In this document: piece after piece, positions 48,279 through 57,954 of the stretch | Position numbering within the stretch: the first letter of the stretch is position 1 | Layout: each line of letters opens with the position of its first letter | From: Defluviitaleaceae bacterium | GTDB taxonomy: Bacteria; Bacillota; Clostridia; Lachnospirales; WRAX01 | NCBI GenBank assembly: GCA_009779935.1 | Contig: WRAX01000011.1 | Coordinates: 539-64,538, forward strand | Reading direction: 5' to 3' | Length of the DNA: 64,000 nt | The notes under the pieces: generated by a model | Seen by the model: only the letters and a program-made list of their open reading frames with translations | What the model was told of the DNA's origin: nothing | Databases searched by the model: none | Made by a program: the position numbers and the translations under genes

Positions 48279-48962
48279 TCAATCCTCTCTAAATTCAATT
48301 TCTAAAAAATCACAAACAGGCAAGTAGCCAATTGCCTTAAAAATGTTGTTGGTTGCCGTATTTTGCGGGTTGGTGTGCAAAATGCAGGTTTTGCCCTTGT
48401 CCAAATAAAGCTGGCTAACCTGCGCTGTAAGCGAGCTGGCATAGCCTTTTTTACGAAAATCGGGCGGGGTTTGAATTTCATCAAGACAAATCAAATCCCC
48501 TTTTATATCGCATACTTTTAGCTGGGACACTTCATTGCTGTCAACATCCAAAACATATGCACAATCATCCTTCTGCCGAAAGGGGTATTTGGGGACTTTT
48601 GGATTAATGCGGGTGGCTTCATAAACCCGTAAAGGTTTTGTGGATTTTTGGGGTTTGCCATATTCTTCTGCAAAAGCCTTTGCCAAAAAATCCTCTGCAT
48701 AAACGCTGCTTATAGCGGCATCCAGTCTATCAATCATAAACTTTATGGCGGCTTTATTAATCATGTTATCAACAGCAAAAAGCATTAGCTTGTTTTGCTC
48801 GTCCACCAGCCCAACCAACACAATTTCCCCACCATTTTTAACCGAAAAGCCGCCTGCTTTCATTTGGCTTATCATAAAGGTATTTTGGGCTTTCATTTCC
48901 ATTAGTGTTTCCAAGGTATCACTCTTAAAGTCTTGCAAATTGTCATACAAAACAAACTCCAT
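48279..48962 (-). CDS. GNAT-family protein
   Basis: The C-terminal PDFRKKGYASSLTAQV motif. Confidence 0.6.
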   Translation of the reverse strand: MEFVLYDNLQDFKSDTLETLMEMKAQNTFMISQMKAGGFSVKNGGEIVLVGLVDEQNKLMLFAVDNMINKAAIKFMIDRLDAAISSVYAEDFLAKAFAEEYGKPQKSTKPLRVYEATRINPKVPKYPFRQKDDCAYVLDVDSNEVSQLKVCDIKGDLICLDEIQTPPDFRKKGYASSLTAQVSQLYLDKGKTCILHTNPQNTATNNIFKAIGYLPVCDFLEIEFRED

Positions 48963-48964
48963 AC

Positions 48965-50386
48965 CTATAACCTCATCTTATATTTGCCATGCTTGCTTTT
49001 TGTTTCACGTATGCGCCTGCGCACCCCAAAAATTACCACCATCAAAAGCCCTGCAACTGACAAACCCGCCACCCAATAAGGGATGGATTGTCTTGAAAAA
49101 AAGATGCGTTGCACATTAGCCATATGGTAATCAATGTCGGATGCGGTGGTGCGTTGCAGCACCTCTCTTGCGGCATAAATATCCGTGTAAAACAGCACTT
49201 CCCCGTCCAAAATATGGCTAATTGTGCCAATTATTTGCCCTTCCCCGATGGGGGCAGCAAACATCTTTGTGCTTTCCGTGTCATATTCGTCAAAGATAAT
49301 AAATTCCTCTAAAAACTCCACAACGGTTTCCAGCCTACCAAGTTCCGCTTGTGATAGAAAAAGGTCGATGGGCCGGGCATTGTAAAACTCCAAATAATCA
49401 TAATCCCCAAGGCGGGGGTTGTAAACATCCATCTGCCCCAGCGGCTCGTAACCCACTGTAAGCAGGGTGCGGTAGGCAAAGTTTTCAAAACCGTATTCAA
49501 ATAAATTTACCCCGTCCTGCCAGCGGGTTTGCACATCCTCAACCCTTGGGGAGTTTAGGGTGACAACAATCAGCGTAATCCCATTCCGGTAGGCGGATGC
49601 CATTAGCGTGTCCCCTGCAAGCCCTGTGTGGCCCGTGCGCAAGCCTGTTGCATATGGATAAAAATCAGGCATATCGGGTCGGATAAGGCTGTTTGGACTA
49701 TTCCAAGTGCGGTTGCGCAAAACTGCCCCTTCGGGCGTTTCGGCTTCCCCTGCCATAGCCCCTGAAAAGCGGGCTTCAGAGGCAATTTGGGCAATTGTGG
49801 GTATGGACAGGGCATGGTGGGCAATTTGTGCCAAATCATAAGCGGTGGTAAAATGGTTGTCATGGTGATATCCGTGGGGGTTGGTGAAGCGGGAATCCAG
49901 CGCACCCAAATCCCTTGCACGCTCCATCATCAGGCCTGCAAAAAAGTGCTGGGCTTCGCTAAAAGGCATATCCGTATTGCCGGATGCACGCCGTGCCACA
50001 TTTAGTGCAACAATATTTGCCGTGTCGTTACCTGCCCCAATAAGCATGCCCCTAATCAGGTTTATGCCCAGTATAGCCTCCCCCACCTCATGGTGGTTTC
50101 TAGCGGAATCAAAGGGCAAATTGCCCACTTCGCTGCCGGCTATTATAATTTCATCCATATCAATATGCTCGTATGCAAGTATTGCTGTTAAAATCATAGT
50201 TGTGGCGGCGGGAAACATGCGTCGGTGTGCACCATTTTCTGTTAAAATGCGCCCGTTGGTAGCTTCCATCAGCACAAAAGTTTCTGCGTGTATTTGGGGC
50301 ATGGGTGCGGCTTCGGCCGGCAAGGCAAAAAGGGGCATTGCTATGAAGGTTGCCAATATAAATGCAAATATTCTGGCTTTTTTCAA
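48965..50386 (-). CDS. PBP5/DacF-type D-Ala-D-Ala carboxypeptidase homolog with all catalytic motifs substituted (predicted inactive)
   Basis: Has a signal peptide, the S11 peptidase fold and a C-terminal TM anchor. SxxK is replaced by AATTM, SxN by AGN, and KTG by RTG. Confidence 0.8.
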   Translation of the reverse strand: MKKARIFAFILATFIAMPLFALPAEAAPMPQIHAETFVLMEATNGRILTENGAHRRMFPAATTMILTAILAYEHIDMDEIIIAGSEVGNLPFDSARNHHEVGEAILGINLIRGMLIGAGNDTANIVALNVARRASGNTDMPFSEAQHFFAGLMMERARDLGALDSRFTNPHGYHHDNHFTTAYDLAQIAHHALSIPTIAQIASEARFSGAMAGEAETPEGAVLRNRTWNSPNSLIRPDMPDFYPYATGLRTGHTGLAGDTLMASAYRNGITLIVVTLNSPRVEDVQTRWQDGVNLFEYGFENFAYRTLLTVGYEPLGQMDVYNPRLGDYDYLEFYNARPIDLFLSQAELGRLETVVEFLEEFIIFDEYDTESTKMFAAPIGEGQIIGTISHILDGEVLFYTDIYAAREVLQRTTASDIDYHMANVQRIFFSRQSIPYWVAGLSVAGLLMVVIFGVRRRIRETKSKHGKYKMRL

Positions 50387-50429
50387 GGCATCAACCCCCT
50401 TCTTTTATTTTATGTGTGTTAGGTGTTTA

Positions 50430-51398
50430 TTATAGCCCGGGTATTATGATTTCTTGCCCTTCCTGCACTTGGTCGGTGGTCATATTGTTGGCTTGCATAA
50501 TGGTGTTAACATGCCCGCCGCTACCGAAAAAGCGTGTGGAAATACCCCAAAGCCCCTCACCTCTCTGCACAGTATACACTAAGTTACCTGCACCATCACG
50601 ATGGGTGTTTGCCCAGTTTGTAACATTTTGGGCGGGCGGCTGGCTTGTTGCAGGCTGATATGTGCTGTCCACAGGCGGGCCAAGGGCAAAACTGCTGCCA
50701 TCATTGTTATTGTCCATAGGTGGGGGGGTGGTTTGCGCCGCTTCCAGACCATCAATTTCTGCTCGCAATTGCTGGCTGTATGTTTGCAAATAAATTTCCC
50801 GTTCCTGTAAATAGGCCACTTGGTCTTCTGCATAAGTTAGGCGGCTGTTAAGGCTTGCCGCCTGCCACATGGCAACAACAAATGCCAAAAGCAAAACAAA
50901 ACAAACCCCAAGCATTGCCACATTACGGATGTTTATGGGGGGCATGGGCTTGCGTGCTGCGGCAACACTTTCTTGTTTTGGCGGCCTTGCTTTATGGGCC
51001 GGGTCGCCCCAGTCTTTTTCGGGCATGGCGGGGGGCGGGGCGGGCTCCTTTTTCTTGCCGCCTGATATTTTTGAAATTTCCTCCCATTGGGCATCTATAT
51101 GCCTTTTGGATGCTTCTTTTTTAACTTCCCCAACCTCATGCTCTTTACGGTTGGCTTCCCTGGCGGAATTTATGTAGCTGGCATACTCCATTTCGGGGTC
51201 TTTTTTTAACCGCTCTCTATACGGTGCTTCGGTGGGTAGCTTAAACTCTTCGGCGGCGGGCGGGGCTGTGGCAGGCTTATCTTCACTGCTTTCCTCTGCA
51301 AAAAGCGATTCTACCGCCCTGCGGGAAAAACTTTCCACACTTTCATGGTCGCTAACACTACCTAAATTTTTCTTATCCTTATCGTCAAAATCTTTCAT
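50430..51398 (-). CDS. LysM-domain membrane protein
   Basis: A charged N-terminus, one TM helix, and a C-terminal LysM domain (YTVQRGEGLWGISTRFFG...IIIPG). Confidence 0.8.
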   Translation of the reverse strand: MKDFDDKDKKNLGSVSDHESVESFSRRAVESLFAEESSEDKPATAPPAAEEFKLPTEAPYRERLKKDPEMEYASYINSAREANRKEHEVGEVKKEASKRHIDAQWEEISKISGGKKKEPAPPPAMPEKDWGDPAHKARPPKQESVAAARKPMPPINIRNVAMLGVCFVLLLAFVVAMWQAASLNSRLTYAEDQVAYLQEREIYLQTYSQQLRAEIDGLEAAQTTPPPMDNNNDGSSFALGPPVDSTYQPATSQPPAQNVTNWANTHRDGAGNLVYTVQRGEGLWGISTRFFGSGGHVNTIMQANNMTTDQVQEGQEIIIPGL

Positions 51399-51669
51399 AA
51401 AATCACCACTTTTCCAAAATTAAGACAAGTATAGCACCAATATACATCATATGTCAAGTATTGTATTTCAATTCGGAGAATTGAAATACGCACTTGATTC
51501 GCAATCAGCCGCATCATTGCACGAAGCGCAAATGATGTGTGGGCGTTGGCATAAACAAGGCTTTACCTTGCGCAAACTAAAATTAGCTTACTGTATTTCC
51601 CAAAATACTATTGATTTATTTGCTTAGTAGGTGTATTATTAATATTAGACAAGCATGTGGAGGTAAAAT

Positions 51670-52500
51670 ATGGAATTTAGAGATAAGATGGAAAAAATTT
51701 CTAAAATGAGTCTAAAAAACTTGAAAAGGTTGAGTGAGGCCGAGATAACCACCATAATTGACGATATGCTGGAAAATGTTGCCACAGCAGACAGGGCAAT
51801 CCGTTATGACCTAATTTACCCCACATTGCACAAAATGATTTCCAGCGGCGTTTTAAGTGACAAGGAATTTAGCCGTGTATTTAGGATTTGCCTTGATGAT
51901 GATTATTTGTTTAATGGCCTTGGGCAGGCCGGTACGGATACGGTTTTTATCCGTGCCTTCTCCGCCCTTATGTTGTTTACCCTGTTAAACGACAATATTG
52001 CAAAGCAACGGCTTTCTGTGCCGGAGGTGGATAATGCCTTTGAGCGGATTTTGCACTATGCTGAAAAAGAAGCGGATACAAGGGGATTTGTGGAAGGCAA
52101 GGGCTGGGCATTTGCCATTGCCCATGCTGCTGATATGCTGCAATGTTTGGTGCAAACCCCCTTTATCACCGCCGAAAAATTTCCGCAAATTTTAAGGGCG
52201 GTTAAAATTTGTCTATTTAAGGAAGGGCCCTATATTGATGGGGAGATTGATAGAATGGCCACTGTTGCCAAGCTGATGATGGAAAGGGGCTTCCCCACCG
52301 ATGCCTTGGAGGGCTGGATGTTGTCGCTGGCGGAAGGTGTGGAGGAAATGATGGCGGAAGAAGGCGCATCTTACAGGCATTTCCGTATTAATGCCAATGT
52401 TAGTAATTTTTTGCGCAGTTTGTACTTCCAATTTAAAAAAGACGGTGACAGACTTAAATTAAGGGTATCTATATTTGAGATTATTAAAAAATTCCTATAA
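51670..52500 (+). CDS. DUF2785-like helical protein
   Basis: An ORF with a GGAGG RBS. Its helical-repeat character (GKGWAFAIAHAADML) resembles DUF2785. Confidence 0.5.
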   Translation: MEFRDKMEKISKMSLKNLKRLSEAEITTIIDDMLENVATADRAIRYDLIYPTLHKMISSGVLSDKEFSRVFRICLDDDYLFNGLGQAGTDTVFIRAFSALMLFTLLNDNIAKQRLSVPEVDNAFERILHYAEKEADTRGFVEGKGWAFAIAHAADMLQCLVQTPFITAEKFPQILRAVKICLFKEGPYIDGEIDRMATVAKLMMERGFPTDALEGWMLSLAEGVEEMMAEEGASYRHFRINANVSNFLRSLYFQFKKDGDRLKLRVSIFEIIKKFL

Positions 52501-52737
52501 GACGGTCGGGTTCACAAATCCTGTTGTGACAAATACCCCGAATTGGATTTTCATGTAGGTGGCAGATTTACTTTGATTTTAAGAAAGAGTGGATTATCAA
52601 AAAATGACCGCTCTTTTTTATTTTCTTAAACTTAATGCCATTGCCTGTCGCAGAGGGGCTTTTTTTGTTTGTTCAAAAGCGCATTTGGGTTGCATAAGAT
52701 TTAGGACAAGTATGTGCGCTGTACAAAGGAGAAGCTT

Positions 52738-53646
52738 ATGGAGATAGCCGATGTTTTGAAAGAATATGCCCATGGCGGCTTGGTGCGGGCATTTGACCAT
52801 GTTGCGCCCCATATTTTGGAAAGCGCAAGGGAGATGCGCATAAGGCAAGGGTTGCCAATTATTGTGCGCACCTTGTCAGATGAAGTGGTGTTGGCCTACA
52901 AACCCACAATGGCGGACATTGCAGGCACGTTGGCTAAAATGGCAAACCATTCCCTTTATGCTTATGATGCGGAGATAAAAAACGGCTTTATCAGCTTAGT
53001 GGGGGGGCATAGGGTAGGTATTTGCGGGCGGGCCGTGGTGGAAGGGGGCAAAATTAAAACCCTGCGCCATATTAGTGGGCTTACCATTCGCATTGCCCGC
53101 CAGGTTATTGGGGCAGGGGATGCTGTTTTGCCCTTTGTTGCCGTTAAAGGGCAAGGGCGGCCTAATAATACCCTTATTATATCCCCGCCCGGGCAGGGCA
53201 AAACAACGGTGTTACGGGATTTGGTGCGCATTTTGTCCAATAAAAAGCTTCACGTTGCGGTGGTGGACGAGCGTAGCGAAATCGGCGGAACCCAGCTGGG
53301 CATAACCCAAAACGACTTGGGCATACGTACGGATGTGTTGGATGGTGCGCCCAAGGCGGAAGGCATGCTGCTTGTGCTGCGTGCAATGTCCCCCGATGTT
53401 ATTGCGGTGGATGAAATTGGCGGGGATGAGGATGTGAAGGCATTGCTTGCCGTATCCAGCTGCGGTGCTAAGATAATTGCCACCCTGCATGGGGAAAATA
53501 TGGCGGATTTGCAGAGAAAGCAAAGCCTTGCCCCCTTGCTGACCAATGGGATATTTGATAGATATATATTTTTAACGGACAAGCCAAAGCCCGCCACCTT
53601 GAGGGCGGTTTATGACAAGGATTTTAGGGAGATAAAACTATGTTAA
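52738..53646 (+). CDS. spoIIIAA: Stage III sporulation protein AA (ATPase)
   Basis: Contains the Walker A motif ISPPGQGKTT and the Walker B motif VIAVDEIG. It is first in an eight-gene spoIIIA order. An AAGGAG RBS precedes the ATG at 52738. Confidence 0.92.
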   Translation: MEIADVLKEYAHGGLVRAFDHVAPHILESAREMRIRQGLPIIVRTLSDEVVLAYKPTMADIAGTLAKMANHSLYAYDAEIKNGFISLVGGHRVGICGRAVVEGGKIKTLRHISGLTIRIARQVIGAGDAVLPFVAVKGQGRPNNTLIISPPGQGKTTVLRDLVRILSNKKLHVAVVDERSEIGGTQLGITQNDLGIRTDVLDGAPKAEGMLLVLRAMSPDVIAVDEIGGDEDVKALLAVSSCGAKIIATLHGENMADLQRKQSLAPLLTNGIFDRYIFLTDKPKPATLRAVYDKDFREIKLC

Positions 53647-54131
53647 TGCGGATTTTGGGCGGTGGGCTGGTTTGCCTTTCTGCTACATTAATTGGCTGGT
53701 ATATTGGTGGGTCAGGCGGCAGGCGGGCAGGCGGCCTGATGGAGCTTAAAAAAAGCCTTATCCTACTAAAATCCCAAATAGACCATGCAATTTACACCCT
53801 GCCGCAAGCTTTTGGTAATATTAGCCATAAGGTTGCCGCCCCGCTGGATGGTTTTTACAAAAGGCTGGCAGAAAAGCCCGATAGCTGGGCAGATGAGGCT
53901 TTGCGGCTTTCTGGCAGCAACCTGCATAAGGATGATTTGGCTAATTTAAGCCTTTTAGGAGCATCTTTGGGGCAAGGTGATACTTTGGTTCAAATAAATT
54001 CCATCGACATGGTGATAGCCGCTATTGACGACACATTAAATCAATTAACCGTAAAAAACAGGTCAGATACGAAAATGTGGCGCAGTTTGGGGGTTGTGGG
54101 CGGATTGTTGATAACCATCGCTTTATTGTAA
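53640..54131 (+). CDS. spoIIIAB: Stage III sporulation protein AB
   Basis: Matches in position, size and its TM-plus-helical-domain pattern. Confidence 0.85.
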   Translation: MLMRILGGGLVCLSATLIGWYIGGSGGRRAGGLMELKKSLILLKSQIDHAIYTLPQAFGNISHKVAAPLDGFYKRLAEKPDSWADEALRLSGSNLHKDDLANLSLLGASLGQGDTLVQINSIDMVIAAIDDTLNQLTVKNRSDTKMWRSLGVVGGLLITIALL

Positions 54132-54147
54132 CGGAGGGGGAATTTTC

Positions 54148-54342
54148 ATGGACATAACAGTAGTTTTTCAAATAGCGGCGGTGGGTATTTTGGTAGCGGT
54201 GCTTAACCAAGTGCTAAAAGGTGCAGGCAGGGACGACCAAGCCACAATGACCACCCTTGCAGGGCTTATTGTGGTTTTGTTTTGGATAATAAGCCATATC
54301 AGCGACCTTTTCGGAACGGTGCAAAATCTGTTCCAACTCTAA
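54148..54342 (+). CDS. spoIIIAC: Stage III sporulation protein AC
   Basis: A 64 aa two-TM protein, VFQIAAVGILVAVLNQVLK. Confidence 0.9.
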   Translation: MDITVVFQIAAVGILVAVLNQVLKGAGRDDQATMTTLAGLIVVLFWIISHISDLFGTVQNLFQL

Positions 54343-54364
54343 CCTACGAAAGAAGTGAGCGAAA

Positions 54365-54754
54365 ATGGATATTTTCCAAATCGTGGCAATTGGCATTGTG
54401 GGCGGCATACTTGCCGTAATGCTAAAAAAAGAAAACCCCACAATAGCCATAATGGTAACATTGGCCGTGGCGGTGCTGATATTTTTGTTGCTTATGCCCC
54501 CATTGGCAGGCCTTATTGGGCTTATTGCCCAAATTACCGGGCATTTGTCCAGTGGGCAGGAGTATGTGTTGGTGGTGGTGCAAATTATCGGCATTGCTTA
54601 TGTGGCGGAATTTGGTTCGCAAATTTGTAATGATGCCGGGGAAGGTTCCATTGCCGCTAAAATTGAGCTGGCAGGCAAGGTGCTTATAATGGGCGTTGCT
54701 GCCCCCATCATCATTTCGCTGGTGGAGCAGGTGGTGGCAATTATACCTGCTTAA
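54365..54754 (+). CDS. spoIIIAD: Stage III sporulation protein AD
   Basis: IIGIAYVAEFGSQICNDAGEGSIAAKIELAGKVLI matches SpoIIIAD. Confidence 0.92.
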   Translation: MDIFQIVAIGIVGGILAVMLKKENPTIAIMVTLAVAVLIFLLLMPPLAGLIGLIAQITGHLSSGQEYVLVVVQIIGIAYVAEFGSQICNDAGEGSIAAKIELAGKVLIMGVAAPIIISLVEQVVAIIPA

Positions 54755-54760
54755 TTACTT

Positions 54761-54863
54761 ATACCAATTCCAATTCGAAACATGGAAAAGGATATTTTGA
54801 AAATCGCAAGTTTCAGTGCGTTTTCAAAATGTGCTTTTCCATGATTGAGAATGGAATTGGTAT
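54761..54863. repeat. MITE-like palindromic repeat, copy B, inside the spoIIIA operon
   Basis: ATACCAATTCCAATTCGAAACATGGAAAAGGATATTTTGAAAA...TTTTCAAAATGTGCTTTTCCATGATTGAGAATGGAATTGGTAT. Confidence 0.85.
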
Positions 54864-54927
54864 TACATAAGAGGGGTGGGGGGAAATCGGCTTTGCCTTC
54901 GCAACCCCCACCTACGGGAGTGATAAA

Positions 54928-55953
54928 ATGGTTGACATTGGTGTGTACTTGCAAGACGTAGGGTGGGGGCTTGCCCCCACCCTACCCATGGATAATTTAG
55001 GTGATACAGCAATGGCCGCCCTGCGTGGGGAAATTGACCTATCCCTTGGGGGTGTTTTCAGCTGGATTTTATCAGCTTTGTTTGCAGAGGTGCACACATT
55101 ATTCTACATTCTGCGTCATATGCTGATAATCGCCATACTGTCCGCCTTTTTTAAGGCTATGACAGGTTCATTCAAAAACAGCGGCATTTCCAAGCTGGGT
55201 TTTTACATATGCTACATTGTCATCATTGGTCTGTTGTTCCGCACATTTTTGCTTGCCCTTGGCATTATGACGGATATGGTGGGCAATATTGTGTTTTTAC
55301 TGACAGGCTCCACCCCTGTAATTATCGGGTTGGTGGCGGGCGGGGGTTATGTGGCATCTGCCACTGCTTTTGCCCCCATACTTATCTTTACTGCAAGCTT
55401 TTTAACCATTTTTTTGGATACGATTATGGTGCCTGTGTTAATCTTTGCCTCCGCCATCACTTTGGTCAACTTCCTGTCCGACAGGGAAACGTTGGATGGG
55501 CTGTCCGAAAACATGCACAAGGGTATTAGCTTTGTGCTTAAAGGGGTTGCCATGGTGTTTGTGGCTGTGTTGGGCTTTCAACGGATAGCTACGCCTGTGT
55601 TAAACAGCCTTGCCATACGTGGCGCACGTACGGCTGTGGGTGCTGTGCCTGCTGTTGGTGGGGTGCTTGCCGGTGCCATTGATACAGCAATGGTGTACAG
55701 CGGGGCCTTGCGTGGTGCGGTATCGTCCGCTTTATTAATTGCTGTTGCCAGCATAAGTATTGTGCCAATTTTGCAAATTGTGGCGTTTATATTGGTTTAC
55801 AAGGCTACTGCCATCCTAATATCCCCCATTTGTGATGAGCGGATTGTGGATGCAATTGATGCAGTTGGCAATTACACCGCCCTTATCCTTGGCGTTTGCC
55901 TACTAGCCACCTTTTTATTTGTTTTCATAGTGCTTGCCACTTTAACTTTGTGA
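54928..55953 (+). CDS. spoIIIAE: Stage III sporulation protein AE (short N-terminus)
   Basis: A polytopic protein in the AE position. A GGGAG RBS precedes the ATG. An in-frame stop at 54868-54870 prevents any upstream extension. Confidence 0.88.
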   Translation: MVDIGVYLQDVGWGLAPTLPMDNLGDTAMAALRGEIDLSLGGVFSWILSALFAEVHTLFYILRHMLIIAILSAFFKAMTGSFKNSGISKLGFYICYIVIIGLLFRTFLLALGIMTDMVGNIVFLLTGSTPVIIGLVAGGGYVASATAFAPILIFTASFLTIFLDTIMVPVLIFASAITLVNFLSDRETLDGLSENMHKGISFVLKGVAMVFVAVLGFQRIATPVLNSLAIRGARTAVGAVPAVGGVLAGAIDTAMVYSGALRGAVSSALLIAVASISIVPILQIVAFILVYKATAILISPICDERIVDAIDAVGNYTALILGVCLLATFLFVFIVLATLTL

Positions 55954-55965
55954 TGGGGGTGCAAA

Positions 55966-56577
55966 ATGTCCGCTTTATCCGATTATATCCGAAACCTTGC
56001 CGTTTTCCTGCTTTTTTCCAGCTTTATAACCATCATCACCCCGGGCAAAAAGTTTGAGCGGTATATAAATCTCGTGCTTGGCATCATCTTAATTTTTATC
56101 CTTATTGCCCCCTTATCGGGGGTAATAAATGCCCTTGCAGGTAGCAGCGGGGATATTTTTGCAGATATCTCCCTTGCCTATGACCGTTCCGCTATGGCAA
56201 GCCAAATCCAAATGGCGGATGAGGCCGGACAGCAAGCTATTTTAGATTTGTTTACGGATGGGCTAACCCAACAAACCCAAAGGCTTGTTGATAACCACGG
56301 GCATTTTTACTTGGAGCAGGTAAACTTTACCATTGACACAACGGACAATTTTGGTGATGTGCTTGCCATACACCTAACCCTGAGAGGCAGGGGCGCATCT
56401 GCCCCGTTTTTGCGTATAGACCCCATCCGTATTGCCCCGGCAATAGGCACAAGGGGCGAGCCAGCCCCCGCAAGCTCCGAAGCCGTCGAAAGTCCCCACA
56501 TTATGTCACTAAAAACATTGCTTTCGGGATTCTATAACTTGGCAGAGGACAATATAATACTACAAACCACGGACTAA
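55966..56577 (+). CDS. spoIIIAF: Stage III sporulation protein AF
   Basis: N-terminus DYIRNLAVFLLFSSFITIITPGKKFERYINLVLGI. Confidence 0.88.
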   Translation: MSALSDYIRNLAVFLLFSSFITIITPGKKFERYINLVLGIILIFILIAPLSGVINALAGSSGDIFADISLAYDRSAMASQIQMADEAGQQAILDLFTDGLTQQTQRLVDNHGHFYLEQVNFTIDTTDNFGDVLAIHLTLRGRGASAPFLRIDPIRIAPAIGTRGEPAPASSEAVESPHIMSLKTLLSGFYNLAEDNIILQTTD

Positions 56578-56597
56578 CCACAGACTAATGATAAGAG

Positions 56598-57206
56598 GTG
56601 ATTGCTTTGGGCTTTATGCAGCTTTTTAAGAACTTTATGGACAAAAAGGGCAAAAAAGGCGTACAAAACCTGGTTATTATGCTGATTGCGGGGGTTGTGC
56701 TGCTTCTTATCAGTGCCTATTTCGCCAGCACCAGAGATGGGGGGAGTGGGAATGAGGAATTAGGAATTAGGAGTGAGGAATTAATAGAGCCGTTTGTCGG
56801 CACATCGCAGGTTTCGCAAGAAGCTTATTTGGCACGGCAAATGGAGGATATTTTGTCGCTGGTGGCAGGTGCCGGGCAGGTGCGGGTTATGCTTACCCTT
56901 GGTACGCCTGCCGGTGTTTACGCCGTTAACACCCAAATGTCCCTTTCCATTACCACAGAGGAGGATGGGGAAGGCGGCTTGCGCAATATTGACACAGAAA
57001 CCAGCAGCAACAATTATGTTATGGTGCGCCAAGCAGATGGAAGTGAAAGGCCCCTGCGCCTGCAAGAAATGCGCCCAACCATAGAAGGGGTTATTATTGT
57101 GGCAGAAGGGGCAGGCGACATAACTGTACGGGATGCCCTTGTGCGTGCTGCCCACACGGTGTTGGGTATTGGGGCACATAGGGTGCAGGTTTTTCAGATG
57201 CAGTAA
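56598..57206 (+). CDS. spoIIIAG: Stage III sporulation protein AG
   Basis: A TM anchor plus a ring-building motif domain (GAGQVRVMLTL...IEGVIIVAEGA). The exact start is uncertain. Confidence 0.85.
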   Translation: MIALGFMQLFKNFMDKKGKKGVQNLVIMLIAGVVLLLISAYFASTRDGGSGNEELGIRSEELIEPFVGTSQVSQEAYLARQMEDILSLVAGAGQVRVMLTLGTPAGVYAVNTQMSLSITTEEDGEGGLRNIDTETSSNNYVMVRQADGSERPLRLQEMRPTIEGVIIVAEGAGDITVRDALVRAAHTVLGIGAHRVQVFQMQ

Positions 57207-57258
57207 TAATTAACCTTGCAATTGCAGGGGGCAAAATATATAAATTGGAGGTTACATA

Positions 57259-57948
57259 ATGAAAAGATTTTTTCAACGTATCCGCTCAGGTAACGGTAGA
57301 AGGTTTAAGTTAAAGCGCAACCACGTTATCATATCCGCCCTTGTGGTGATGATTGGCGTAACAGGATACCTTAACCTGCGGGACAACCAAATGGGTTACG
57401 AAAACGGTCTGCCCCTTACCAGTGCCGGGGAAATTATGGCACTTATCCTTGATGATACCATGGCGCAGGATGTTGCAATGGTAAACACCACCTTGGACCA
57501 TTATGGCGTTTTAGAAACCACACATAATGTGGATATTGCCGCCGTACCTGTTATGGCGGATGGTAATGCGGTTTTTGTAAACACCACCAGCGATTCTTCT
57601 TTTTTCATCCAAGCCAAGCTTAACCGGGAGCAGGCAAGAAGCGGGCAAATGTCCACGCTAACCGAGCTTATTAACAACCAAAACATTGCAGGAGACCAGC
57701 GTGCGGAAAAAGCCACCCAACTGGCAGACATTCTATCACGTATTGAGCGGGAGGCAGCAGCAGAAGCCTTAATCGAAGCCAAAGGCTTTGCAGAGGTTTA
57801 TGTGCGCATTGGTGACAATGCTGTGGATATTGTTGTGGACCGCCCCCAGCTAACCGACCAAGAAATTGCCCAAATTGTGGATGTGGCCATGCGCAAAACA
57901 GGTTTTGCCATCGACCAGATTTTTGTAAGCCCTTTACGTCAAAATTAG
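57259..57948 (+). CDS. spoIIIAH: Stage III sporulation protein AH
   Basis: A TM anchor and a C-terminal SpoIIIAH-like domain. It is the last gene of the operon. Confidence 0.85.
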   Translation: MKRFFQRIRSGNGRRFKLKRNHVIISALVVMIGVTGYLNLRDNQMGYENGLPLTSAGEIMALILDDTMAQDVAMVNTTLDHYGVLETTHNVDIAAVPVMADGNAVFVNTTSDSSFFIQAKLNREQARSGQMSTLTELINNQNIAGDQRAEKATQLADILSRIEREAAAEALIEAKGFAEVYVRIGDNAVDIVVDRPQLTDQEIAQIVDVAMRKTGFAIDQIFVSPLRQN

Positions 57949-57954
57949 AGCAAT

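Noticed and set aside
52690-52737. I looked for a sigma-E type promoter upstream of spoIIIAA (TGCATAAG...GTATGTG).
   Set aside because: The match to the sigma-E consensus (ATA-type -35 and CATACA-T -10 at correct spacing) is not convincing by eye, so I do not report it as a feature.
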